DNA from: a virus
Lineage: Duplodnaviria; Heunggongvirae; Uroviricota; Caudoviricetes
DNA length: 64,000 nt
Virus record (IMG/VR): IMGVR_UViG_3300037851_000345
Coordinates: 60,067-124,066 of that record
Strand: one strand, 5' to 3'
Of the stretch, positions 1 through 8,415 are shown piece after piece (position 1 is the stretch's first letter; each line of letters begins with the position of its first letter). Made by a program: the position numbers and the translations under genes. The notes under the pieces are model-generated. The model was not told where the DNA came from. It saw nothing but the letters and a program-made list of their open reading frames with translations, and searched no databases.

Positions 1-2
1 AC

Positions 3-692
3 AGGGATTATTTCAGAACTGACAGACAACTGAAGGCCTTTAAAAAACTGAAAAAATATCTCTTGGAAGCCAAGAAGTACATCAAGATACAGTTGGAGAA
101 AAAGAAGAAAAAGTCAAAATCAGAACAGGTTGACATCCAAACAGAACTCAAAGAACTTGCTAGAGAACTTCGCAATGACCTGATTGAAAAAGAGGACTAC
201 GATTACGCAGTCAAGATGTTGCTCAAACCCACAGCCGATGACCTTGAAGAAGTAAAATCCAAGTTCGAAAAAATAGACCAAACGGTAAAGAAGGCAATAA
301 AAAAATTCGGTTACGAAGAAGAAAATTTGGACTTTGATGAAGAAGATGAATTCCTTCTCGCCCCCGAAGAACCGTTTGAATCTAAGAAGGCCGACATCAA
401 CAAACTCGTGGACGAGAAAAACCGCCGATTTACGATGGAAGAGTTTAACGACCTCTACGAAAATATGGAGTCACTAGAAGAAGACTTAAATCAAAAGCAA
501 CAGGACAAGCAGAACGACCAACAGGCTCTCGCTATCGGAACGATTTTGAAGCAACGTCAACAGGCCAAAAAGACAGGAAAGGAAACACCCCAACAATCGA
601 TTGCTGCTCAGAAAAATGCAATCGCTAAACTATCGCAGTTAAAGGTTGATCCCAAGTTAATCGCCCAATTGCAGGCCGACGGAAAACTCTAA
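3..692 (+). CDS. Acidic/coiled-coil hypothetical protein, 5'-truncated by the window edge
   Basis: The frame is open from position 3 to TAA at 690-692; E/K-rich; no start or RBS in the window. Confidence 0.7.
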   Translation, partial: RDYFRTDRQLKAFKKLKKYLLEAKKYIKIQLEKKKKKSKSEQVDIQTELKELARELRNDLIEKEDYDYAVKMLLKPTADDLEEVKSKFEKIDQTVKKAIKKFGYEEENLDFDEEDEFLLAPEEPFESKKADINKLVDEKNRRFTMEEFNDLYENMESLEEDLNQKQQDKQNDQQALAIGTILKQRQQAKKTGKETPQQSIAAQKNAIAKLSQLKVDPKLIAQLQADGKL

Positions 693-706
693 AACACACT
701 TCAAAG

Positions 707-717
707 TGTGGTATAAT
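707..717 (+). promoter_or_regulatory. Extended -10 (early-type) promoter
   Basis: TGTGGTATAAT upstream of gp46; overlaps the hairpin CACACT-TCAA-AGTGTG (695-710). Confidence 0.7.
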
Positions 718-737
718 TAGTATAGGAACGAGTATAA

Positions 738-2507
738 ATGAACGACTTAACATTCAAATCCGTAGAGATGCGGAACTTCCTATCTGTCGGCAATAAACCC
801 CTATCCATCACTTTCGACAGGGGTTTGAACTTCGTGTGTGGGTGGAACCACCACACCGCTTCTTCGAACGGCATAGGCAAAACTGTCGTGTTCTACTCTT
901 CAGTCCTCTACGCACTCTTCGGAGAGACAGGCAGGGACATCAAGCAGTCCAATCTTATCAACTACCGCAACAAGCAAAAGATGTACGTCAAGTTGACCTT
1001 GGAACGGAACGGCGAAGAGGTTACGGTGTACAGAGGACGCAAGCCCAACGTGTTCTACTACGAACACAACGGCGTAACGTACCAAAACGACAACGTGTAC
1101 GAGACGCAATCCCAACTGAATAAACTGCTCGACATTTCCGAGGACGTGTTCACGAACGTATTCATCATCAACGCTTCGGACGTTCTCGACTTCATCAAGG
1201 AAGAAGGTTCCGTCAAACTTCGGGACCGCTTCGAAAAAATCTTCTTCAAGGACGTAATTTTCAAGCGTGTGCTAGAGACAGTCCGCAAGGAGTACAACAT
1301 CGTTCAGAAGCAAGTCGAACTGAACAACAGCAAGATTCAGGAGAAAATCACTTTCTTGAAACGGCTGAAGTCCATCATCGAATCTTCAAAAAAGGTAGAG
1401 AACTATGAGAAGCAGTTGGAGAAGTTCAACAGGCGCAGGGTTGCCTTGGAAGAGAAGATGGCCTTGCTCGACAATAAGATTTCTAACCGTCAGGACAGCG
1501 AAAAAATCAGGCTCCTGAAAGAGAAGAAAGCGGAGTACGTGGAGAAGCGGGACACCATCACTTCGCAGATTTACCACCACACCGAAAAGATGCGGGAACT
1601 CAAATCCAAGTTGGAAACGATTCTAGCCGCTTCCAACATCTGTCCCCTTTGTCAGCAAGCCATCGACAAGCACACGACAGAGAAACTACAGAGGGAATAC
1701 AAACAGCACTTGGATTTGTCGAACAAGAGCCGCCTGTCGCTTGAAGAGGACAAGAAGGCCTGCGATGAGAAACTTAACAAGATTCACGAACTAGAGGAAA
1801 AAATACTGTTGGTAGTATCTGGGATGTCGAACGATGTGATAACCACACGCGCCGCCATCGCAGAAGTTAATCAGCAGATGAAGTTTTTTCAGGAGAACTA
1901 CAAAGACCATATGGGCTTGGTCAAGGAGTTCAACTCCATCAAGTCCGACCTGTTGAAAATCCGTAACGAGAACGGTTCCCTAGACACGGAAATCAACGAC
2001 CTCAGCCTGCTAGCCCAACTGTTCGACAATTCATCGGGAGGCATTCTGAACTACTTCATCGAAAAGGTTTTAAAAATCCTGAACCAAATCATCCTGAAGT
2101 TTCTGAAAAAGATGGACATGGATTTCACCTTCCGCTTCGACAGCGACCTCAAATTGAAGTTTGACGTATACGACACACTATCGTTAAACAACTTCAGCGG
2201 TGGGGAGAAGAAAATCATCAACTTCATTGTCCTGTTCAGCCTGTTGGAGTTTTTCTACAACACCATCAATTTCAAGCCGTCCATTCTGATAATTGACGAA
2301 ATTGCGGACACCGCCATTTCCACTCCGAAGGTTGACCTGATTTTCGAAATCCTGAACCAATTTCGCAAGGACAACGGCATCGGGATTTACTGCCTGAGCC
2401 ACGACTACAAAGTTCAACACAGTTCCGTGGTTACTTTTGATTCGATTATCGAACTTCAAAAGTTGGATGGCTTTACACAGTTAAAGGAAATAAAATACAC
2501 TAAATAG
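738..2507 (+). CDS. gp46: SbcC/Rad50-like recombination ATPase (T4 gp46-like)
   Basis: Walker A NGIGKT, coiled coil with zinc hook CPLC, signature FSGGE, Walker B ILIIDE, H-loop LSH. Confidence 0.92.
   Translation: MNDLTFKSVEMRNFLSVGNKPLSITFDRGLNFVCGWNHHTASSNGIGKTVVFYSSVLYALFGETGRDIKQSNLINYRNKQKMYVKLTLERNGEEVTVYRGRKPNVFYYEHNGVTYQNDNVYETQSQLNKLLDISEDVFTNVFIINASDVLDFIKEEGSVKLRDRFEKIFFKDVIFKRVLETVRKEYNIVQKQVELNNSKIQEKITFLKRLKSIIESSKKVENYEKQLEKFNRRRVALEEKMALLDNKISNRQDSEKIRLLKEKKAEYVEKRDTITSQIYHHTEKMRELKSKLETILAASNICPLCQQAIDKHTTEKLQREYKQHLDLSNKSRLSLEEDKKACDEKLNKIHELEEKILLVVSGMSNDVITTRAAIAEVNQQMKFFQENYKDHMGLVKEFNSIKSDLLKIRNENGSLDTEINDLSLLAQLFDNSSGGILNYFIEKVLKILNQIILKFLKKMDMDFTFRFDSDLKLKFDVYDTLSLNNFSGGEKKIINFIVLFSLLEFFYNTINFKPSILIIDEIADTAISTPKVDLIFEILNQFRKDNGIGIYCLSHDYKVQHSSVVTFDSIIELQKLDGFTQLKEIKYTK
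2500..2506 (+). promoter_or_regulatory. Late promoter (CTAAATA variant)
   Basis: TAAATA core as in T4-type late promoters, just upstream of RBS AGGAGG of ORF 2522. Confidence 0.5.
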
Positions 2508-2521
2508 TCATAGGAGGAAAC

Positions 2522-2710
2522 ATGGAAGTAATAATTACCTTAGATATCGATAGTGATGAAGTTGAAGATTTGGATGATGATGATTTGACAGACCATATTG
2601 AATACATTATGAGAGGTGTATCTTTGAAAATGGCTCCAGGTAGAGAAATGGGAGGAGTAAGAGATAATCTTGGAAACGATATAGGTATGTTTGAGATATC
2701 ACAAAATTAG
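2522..2710 (+). CDS. Small acidic hypothetical protein
   Basis: Strong RBS AGGAGG; 62 aa. Confidence 0.6.
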   Translation: MEVIITLDIDSDEVEDLDDDDLTDHIEYIMRGVSLKMAPGREMGGVRDNLGNDIGMFEISQN

Positions 2711-2720
2711 GAAAACATTA

Positions 2721-3377
2721 ATGACCAAGATTGGACTGATTCCTGGCAGAATGAATCCCCCGCATCGGGGACATCGCAAACTCTACAGGAAATCCCTAAC
2801 CGAGAATGATTTGACTGTCGTTGAAATCATCCAAGGCAAGAAAACCGCTTTGAACAAGGTCAGGAACCCTCTCACCTTCCAACAGAAGAAGAAAATCATC
2901 AGCGTGATTGAGCCACAGGTGGAAGTGAGACAGTTCCCCGCTGAAGGCAGTTCTAGGCCCGCCCGCTCTGACGTGCCAGGGATGATTGTCGAACTGTTGG
3001 AAGACATTCACACCAACGAGACAGATTTTCTGTTCACCGTGTACGCAGGCTCCGACCAAGCCGAAATGTACAACGTTCAGGCAAAGAACCCTGTGTACAT
3101 CCAAAAAATCAAGGACGAACTAGGCAGACCCGATTACAATATCACCATCAAGGTCGAAGGTGTGGAACGGGACGAATCGGCTGATGATGAAGCAAGTTAC
3201 TCAGCCACCAAGGTTCGAGAAGCCATCAGGACAGGTCAGGACGAATTGGCAAAGACGATGATGGGGATTACAGACGAAGAATTTTACGAGGAAATCAAGG
3301 CCGCTGTTCTTGCAGGGTTGCAAAAGGAAGCAGTTAACCAAAAAATAGACTCGATAATGGAGAAAGTAAATGGATAA
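2721..3377 (+). CDS. HxGH nucleotidyltransferase (cytidylyltransferase-like)
   Basis: GRMNPPHRGH (HxGH), AGSD and SATKVRE motifs typical of phage cytidylyltransferase-like proteins; ATG at 2721 follows AGGA. Confidence 0.8.
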   Translation: MTKIGLIPGRMNPPHRGHRKLYRKSLTENDLTVVEIIQGKKTALNKVRNPLTFQQKKKIISVIEPQVEVRQFPAEGSSRPARSDVPGMIVELLEDIHTNETDFLFTVYAGSDQAEMYNVQAKNPVYIQKIKDELGRPDYNITIKVEGVERDESADDEASYSATKVREAIRTGQDELAKTMMGITDEEFYEEIKAAVLAGLQKEAVNQKIDSIMEKVNG

Positions 3378-5043
3378 TTTTACTGCCGAAAAATTTGGAA
3401 CGGATAATGCGGGTTGCGAACAGGATTCCAAAATGTCCGTGAAGCAATTGGAAGACCTTCAGGAAGATACTTTGGTAAATCAGAAAGCCACCAACGAGGC
3501 TGTCCACGAAGAGGAAGAAGGGTCTGAGTTGGAAGACGTAGAAGAGTACGATGATTTCGGAGACCAAATTAAAAAATACCCTGACTACGAACCTGACAGA
3601 GACCAAGAATCTCCACACAGCGGCGATGATGATTCCTTTGGTGGTGGTTTGAGTGATGAAGAAGCCCCGTGGTATAGAAAACCATACGAAGAGCAACTCG
3701 ACCCACGATGGTTCAGGGACGAATACGTTCTTCTGAACGAGGCCGTGGATTGGGACGCTATCGAAAAAGACCCCAAGCAGTTGTTCACCGTTGGCAACAG
3801 CAAGGTAGGCAAGGATACGATTATTTTTAACCTTCAGCCCGCACGGTTTTGCCCTTCTTTGGAGCAGGGACATTGTAAGATTGTTAAGCCTATTGACGGA
3901 CAGTATAAGATTGCCTGCTACGCTTATCAGGACGAACGGCAGTACAAAGTGTCTCTTCAACTTCGCCAGCGCCAAATGCGTTTTTGGGACACGCACACCG
4001 CAGAGGAAATCTTCAAGAAGTTGGAAGATTTCTACTACTTGGTACACGGCGATTCGATGGTGTATCCTGTCTTGATGGCAAAGCGGGATGAGACGGCAAA
4101 GAGAAAAGGACATCCCGACATCAAAGGCAAAGAGAAAAGCGTCAAACTGAAATACATCCGCTTCAACCAATCAGGAGACTTGAAAGACGTTGACGATGCG
4201 AAGAAGATGGACAAGGTGGCAGAGTTGGCTTTGAAGAACTTGGGACTTGTAACCTACACTTACACAGCCCGTAAGGACATTCTAGCAGAGTACAAATTCC
4301 AACACGTCCACGTTCAGGGTTCAGGATTTGCGGCTATCACGGGAATAAACAGGCCTGTCAAGGCTAAATTCGGCAAGAGGAAAGGGGAATACTTGGGTAA
4401 AGTTTTTGCCGCTTTCCCGTCAATTTACAACAAGAGCGGCAAACTAGTCGAAAGAGAACCCAACAAACTTTACTACGAAGATATCATGTACCACAGTACC
4501 CCCGAAGGAAGCAGGAACCCAAGATTTAACAAGTGGTCTCATTCCAACGAGAAAGGGTGGTACGCCTGCCGCGGCGACTGCAACAGTTGCACCGCCTGCA
4601 AAGCAGACGAAGTTAAGCACATCGCCGTCAAAATCCACCGTTCGTTCCAAAAAATTTCCGACAAGTGGCAAGACGTGGAAGAAACACCGACAGGCGGCTA
4701 CAAAGTTCATCAGAAGTTCGACCCGTATGAAAGAGAGGCTTTGACGGGCCAGCCTTTGGTGTGGTCTAAGGAAATGGAAGACGAGTACGAGACCACCGCC
4801 AAACTGCTCAAAAAGGAAACAGAGTTCAACAGGCTTCCGAAACAGGAGCAAGTTGACTTTTTGACGATAAAGTTGCTAGACCTTTACGACAACTACGACC
4901 CCGACTTGGACAAGGAAGAACTCGACAAGAGGAAAAGGAACATCGACAATTGGGAAAAGAAGGCCGCAAAGAGGGATATCGATGTTGCCAAACTCAGAGC
5001 CGAAGCAGGGATGCCTGCCAAGAAGGAGAAGAAGAAAAAATGA
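3370..5043 (+). CDS. GP88-like cysteine-cluster protein with acidic N-terminal extension
   Basis: GNSKVG...FCP...C...ACYA, IRFNQSGD and C-terminal CRGDCNSCTAC match the Gene-product-88-like pattern as I recall it; the first ~110 aa are acidic and low complexity. Confidence 0.6.
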   Translation: MDNFTAEKFGTDNAGCEQDSKMSVKQLEDLQEDTLVNQKATNEAVHEEEEGSELEDVEEYDDFGDQIKKYPDYEPDRDQESPHSGDDDSFGGGLSDEEAPWYRKPYEEQLDPRWFRDEYVLLNEAVDWDAIEKDPKQLFTVGNSKVGKDTIIFNLQPARFCPSLEQGHCKIVKPIDGQYKIACYAYQDERQYKVSLQLRQRQMRFWDTHTAEEIFKKLEDFYYLVHGDSMVYPVLMAKRDETAKRKGHPDIKGKEKSVKLKYIRFNQSGDLKDVDDAKKMDKVAELALKNLGLVTYTYTARKDILAEYKFQHVHVQGSGFAAITGINRPVKAKFGKRKGEYLGKVFAAFPSIYNKSGKLVEREPNKLYYEDIMYHSTPEGSRNPRFNKWSHSNEKGWYACRGDCNSCTACKADEVKHIAVKIHRSFQKISDKWQDVEETPTGGYKVHQKFDPYEREALTGQPLVWSKEMEDEYETTAKLLKKETEFNRLPKQEQVDFLTIKLLDLYDNYDPDLDKEELDKRKRNIDNWEKKAAKRDIDVAKLRAEAGMPAKKEKKKK

Positions 5044-5339
5044 AATTCACTTTAGTAGAAGAAGATTGGGGTGAGTTGCTAAAATCCACTCTAGCAAGCC
5101 GACCACGCTACACTGCCAATGATTTCCAAATAGGTGATTGGGTTACTTTTATGAGCAATCAGGGATGGAATATCGAAGGAGAGATTATCAAAAAATTCGA
5201 AAAACGAGTAAAGGTTAAAGACGAGCAAACGGGCGATATGTTTATCCCAAAATATACACAGTTATTGAAACTAGACAAACCCACCCAAGCAACGAGAAAC
5301 ACCAACAAACTGATGAGAGTATTAGCCCCCAATGAATAG
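5040..5339 (+). CDS. Small protein with SH3/KOW-like domain
   Basis: ATGA overlap with the upstream stop; FQIGDWVTF...GEIIKKFEKRVKVK is an SH3/KOW-like pattern. Confidence 0.5.
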   Translation: MKFTLVEEDWGELLKSTLASRPRYTANDFQIGDWVTFMSNQGWNIEGEIIKKFEKRVKVKDEQTGDMFIPKYTQLLKLDKPTQATRNTNKLMRVLAPNE

Positions 5340-5353
5340 AATGGTAGTGAAGA

Positions 5354-6844
5354 ATGATAACCGTAGAACGAACAGATAACCCTAACTACTTAAAAATCTC
5401 AGCCGAGAAAAGCATCTTTTCGTTCCTGCAACTCCACTTTGCCGTCAAGGACAAGAACGCTTTTTGGTCTCCGCTTTACCGTGCGAAGAAGTGGGACGGG
5501 AAAATCCGCTTCCTACACGCAGACGGATTGATTCTTTCGGGTTTGCTCGTAGAAATACTCCGTATTGCCAAAATCAACAAGTGGCAAGTGAAGTTTGACA
5601 AGGAGTTGATTCTCAACCCTTTCAAGTTCCACCGGCCTGAAATCGAACTCAGCCTGAAGGACACGACCCTGTTCGAAGACCAAATTGAAGCCTTGGAGAA
5701 GATTTTAAAGTACAGTTACGGCCTCAGCAAACTTCCCACGAGCGCAGGCAAGAGTTACATCGAAGTGGTAATGCTTAACTTGTTCCGCTTGAAGGGTATC
5801 AAAAACATGATTTTAGTGGTTCCGCGTGCTTCGCTAGTCGAGCAAATCTACGAGGATTTGGTGTTAAAATCCCCTTTCATCAAGCCCGAAGAGTGCGGCA
5901 GGCTCTACGGAGACCGAAAAGAGTGGGACAGACCTGTAATCGTGGCTACGTGGCAGTCGCTTAAAACCCTTTTGGAGTTGGATAAAGACTACGGCCTGCG
6001 CTTCGAACTGCTGATTCAGGACGAAGTTCACGTAGCCTCGTCCGCAGCCAAGGAAGTACAGAGAATCGTAACGTCCTTCCGACCCAAGTTCAAGTACGGA
6101 TTTTCAGCCACAGTCATCAGCAGGGAGTCGGACAAGTTGGAGTACTTCAACAGCGTCAGCCTGTTCGGGCCTATTACGGCTTCAAACACAATCAAAAAAC
6201 TTCAGGCCGCTGACCGTATCTCCGATGCCGAAATCCGTGTCAAGTTGCTGTCGTACCCGATTCAACCTGAGATAAAAACGTACAGGGAGTACGAGGACTT
6301 CATTCGCTACAACCCGAAACGCCGAGAGTACATCGTGCAGTTGGTAAAGGAAGCAAGGCTTCGGATGCCGAAGTCGAACGGCCTCATCCTTATTCGCAAC
6401 GTGGACTTTGCGAAGGAGATGGCAGAGATGCTGAGGGAGACCTTCGCTGCCAACGTTCACCTGATTGAAGGCTCTGTCAAGGTCGATGCCCGAATCGAAA
6501 TCAAGGATACCATCAAGGAGAACGAGAACCAAATCCTTGTGGCTACGACAGGCACGTTCGGGATGGGTGAGAACATCAAGAACCTTCATTGGCTCGTACT
6601 CGTGCAGGCGAGGAAATCCGAAGTCGAGGCCATCCAACAGGTCGGCAGATTACTCAGGGTGTTTCCAGGCAAGACGAAGGCCATCATCTACGACATTACC
6701 GATAACCTGATTGTAGTGAAGGAAAAAGAGGATGGCTCCGAAATCAAAAAGAATTTCGGCAAACGGCATCTGAAGAAAAGAATCGAAGTTTTTCAGAAGT
6801 ATGGGCTTGACGTCGTTGGAATTGAAAAAGTTTTTCTAACTTGA
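5354..6844 (+). CDS. uvsW: SF2 DNA helicase, UvsW-like
   Basis: PTSAGKS (I), QDEVH (II), FSAT (III), QQVGRLLR (VI); N-terminal WDGKIRF as in T4-type UvsW. Confidence 0.9.
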   Translation: MITVERTDNPNYLKISAEKSIFSFLQLHFAVKDKNAFWSPLYRAKKWDGKIRFLHADGLILSGLLVEILRIAKINKWQVKFDKELILNPFKFHRPEIELSLKDTTLFEDQIEALEKILKYSYGLSKLPTSAGKSYIEVVMLNLFRLKGIKNMILVVPRASLVEQIYEDLVLKSPFIKPEECGRLYGDRKEWDRPVIVATWQSLKTLLELDKDYGLRFELLIQDEVHVASSAAKEVQRIVTSFRPKFKYGFSATVISRESDKLEYFNSVSLFGPITASNTIKKLQAADRISDAEIRVKLLSYPIQPEIKTYREYEDFIRYNPKRREYIVQLVKEARLRMPKSNGLILIRNVDFAKEMAEMLRETFAANVHLIEGSVKVDARIEIKDTIKENENQILVATTGTFGMGENIKNLHWLVLVQARKSEVEAIQQVGRLLRVFPGKTKAIIYDITDNLIVVKEKEDGSEIKKNFGKRHLKKRIEVFQKYGLDVVGIEKVFLT

Positions 6845-6855
6845 CCTGTAATATA

Positions 6856-6862
6856 ATAAATA
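6856..6862 (+). promoter_or_regulatory. Late promoter
   Basis: ATAAATA followed by RBS AGGAGG. Confidence 0.55.
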
Positions 6863-6878
6863 CAGTAGGAGGCCGACA

Positions 6879-7313
6879 ATGTTAATCCTAGATGAAAATG
6901 GCAAGGTAATCAATAGAACAGATAAATCTATAGACGCTGTAAAGCGAGAATCGTACAAGCACTCTAACCAAGAAGTCCTCAAAGAAGAGGAAGAGAAGGA
7001 AGATATCGTTTCCTTTGTAGACTCCTTGGAAGAACTAGGCGAAGAGGGAGATAACATCCCCGAAGCCGACTTAGACCCCAATGCTGTCGAAATTGCCGTA
7101 CAGTTTGCCGAGTTCAAGGCGAATTTCGTGCAGACTTTTGGAGAGGAAGAGTTACAGGAGGCCTTTGCGCAGTTTGAAGACTTCTTCAGCAGCAAGGGAG
7201 TGGATACGACCTTGGATATGTCAGGGTTGATCAGGGACGAGGAAATTCCAGGGATGGAAAGTTCAGAACAGAGCGTCGTAACGTCAGAGATAGAAGAAAA
7301 TGAGATGGTATAA
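6879..7313 (+). CDS. Acidic hypothetical protein (possible head-associated)
   Basis: Late promoter and AGGAGG RBS; highly acidic. Confidence 0.65.
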   Translation: MLILDENGKVINRTDKSIDAVKRESYKHSNQEVLKEEEEKEDIVSFVDSLEELGEEGDNIPEADLDPNAVEIAVQFAEFKANFVQTFGEEELQEAFAQFEDFFSSKGVDTTLDMSGLIRDEEIPGMESSEQSVVTSEIEENEMV

Positions 7314-7791
7314 ATTTTATTTCAAAGTTAAAGATAATTGGTATGATCCATTGGGATTAGAACCCGATTTTTGGCATCATGAAACAATGGGAATTAAATC
7401 TGAAAATAAAGAGATGGCTATTAAAGACTTTTGGTCTAGGATTCTTGATAAACATAAAGAATTTTTTAGATTAGAAAAAGTAGAAGAGGGGAGATTAGAG
7501 GAGGAAATTATGAAACTCACCAAGGAAGATATTCAGAAGTACGGGACGGTCAAGGAACAAAAAATGTTACGAAAAAATATAGAAAAACTTCTTGGTAAAG
7601 AAAGAAATTTATTTTTTGACCAAATTATAGATGAAATAAATGAGAAATGTATGAGTTTTGGTGAAGGAATGGGTAACGATGATATCGCAAAGAAGATTTT
7701 ATTAAAAATATGGTCTGATGGTTATGAAAAAGGATATTCTCAAGGAAAATATGACCCTGAATATAAAAAGCCCGAAACTGATGATGAGTAA
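7300..7791 (+). CDS. Hypothetical protein containing the EDIxKYGT module (internal start at 7510)
   Basis: Internal GAGG-AAATT-ATG at 7501-7512 begins MKLTKEDIQKYGTVKEQKML. Confidence 0.6.
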   Translation: MRWYKFYFKVKDNWYDPLGLEPDFWHHETMGIKSENKEMAIKDFWSRILDKHKEFFRLEKVEEGRLEEEIMKLTKEDIQKYGTVKEQKMLRKNIEKLLGKERNLFFDQIIDEINEKCMSFGEGMGNDDIAKKILLKIWSDGYEKGYSQGKYDPEYKKPETDDE

Positions 7792-7822
7792 ATAAACAAA
7801 AACGATTTTAAGGAAAGAACGA

Positions 7823-8398
7823 ATGACCCCAAATGATGCCTTTGTCATCTTTAAACGCATCGACGATGAAATCCAAGCTAGTGAAATTCCACCCCAGGCA
7901 TACCTGAACTACAAATTAACCGACCCCCGTAAAGTCCAAATCTATCAATCTCTTATCGATTCAGGCGTGGACGTGAAGAAATTCTTCCTAGCCAACTGCA
8001 CTCTGAACAAGGAATTTTTCATCGACCACTATAAATTCAATCCCGACAGGTGTATGACTTTGTACTACAGTTGGGACGAGTTCCTAGTAAAAAAACGAGA
8101 CGAGTACTTCCGAAGGGTGATTGTTGATTTGAAGAAAGGCCTGAAATTGAACTTGAACGACAGGGACAAGTTCCTAGAGTTGCTCCCTTTTACCGATTAC
8201 TTGTTGTGGTCGGTGCTGTACCCCGAAGACTTGGAACTGCTCCTGTCCTTGGATGATGATTGGGTCAAGTTCCACCTGACGGACTACAACAAGATGATGG
8301 ACTTCATCAAGCGGGTGATTCGTGGCAACTTCGTCCTGAAGCGGATGAAGGGATTTGACAAATTGCGAGAGAAGGCTTTGAAGATTATCGATAAATAG
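7823..8398 (+). CDS. Probable helicase loader (T4 gp59-like)
   Basis: Size (191 aa), MTP start, KKFFLAN...FI...YYSW pattern reminiscent of gp59; lies near rnh as in T4. Similarity judged by eye. Confidence 0.4.
   Translation: MTPNDAFVIFKRIDDEIQASEIPPQAYLNYKLTDPRKVQIYQSLIDSGVDVKKFFLANCTLNKEFFIDHYKFNPDRCMTLYYSWDEFLVKKRDEYFRRVIVDLKKGLKLNLNDRDKFLELLPFTDYLLWSVLYPEDLELLLSLDDDWVKFHLTDYNKMMDFIKRVIRGNFVLKRMKGFDKLREKALKIIDK
8391..8397 (+). promoter_or_regulatory. Late promoter
   Basis: ATAAATA then AGGAG and the GTG start at 8416. Confidence 0.55.
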
Positions 8399-8415
8399 GA
8401 ATAGGAGAACAAACC

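Noticed and set aside
6841-6857. Sigma70 promoter TTGACC...TATAAT
   Set aside because: The spacing is only 5 nt; better explained as the late ATAAATA promoter.
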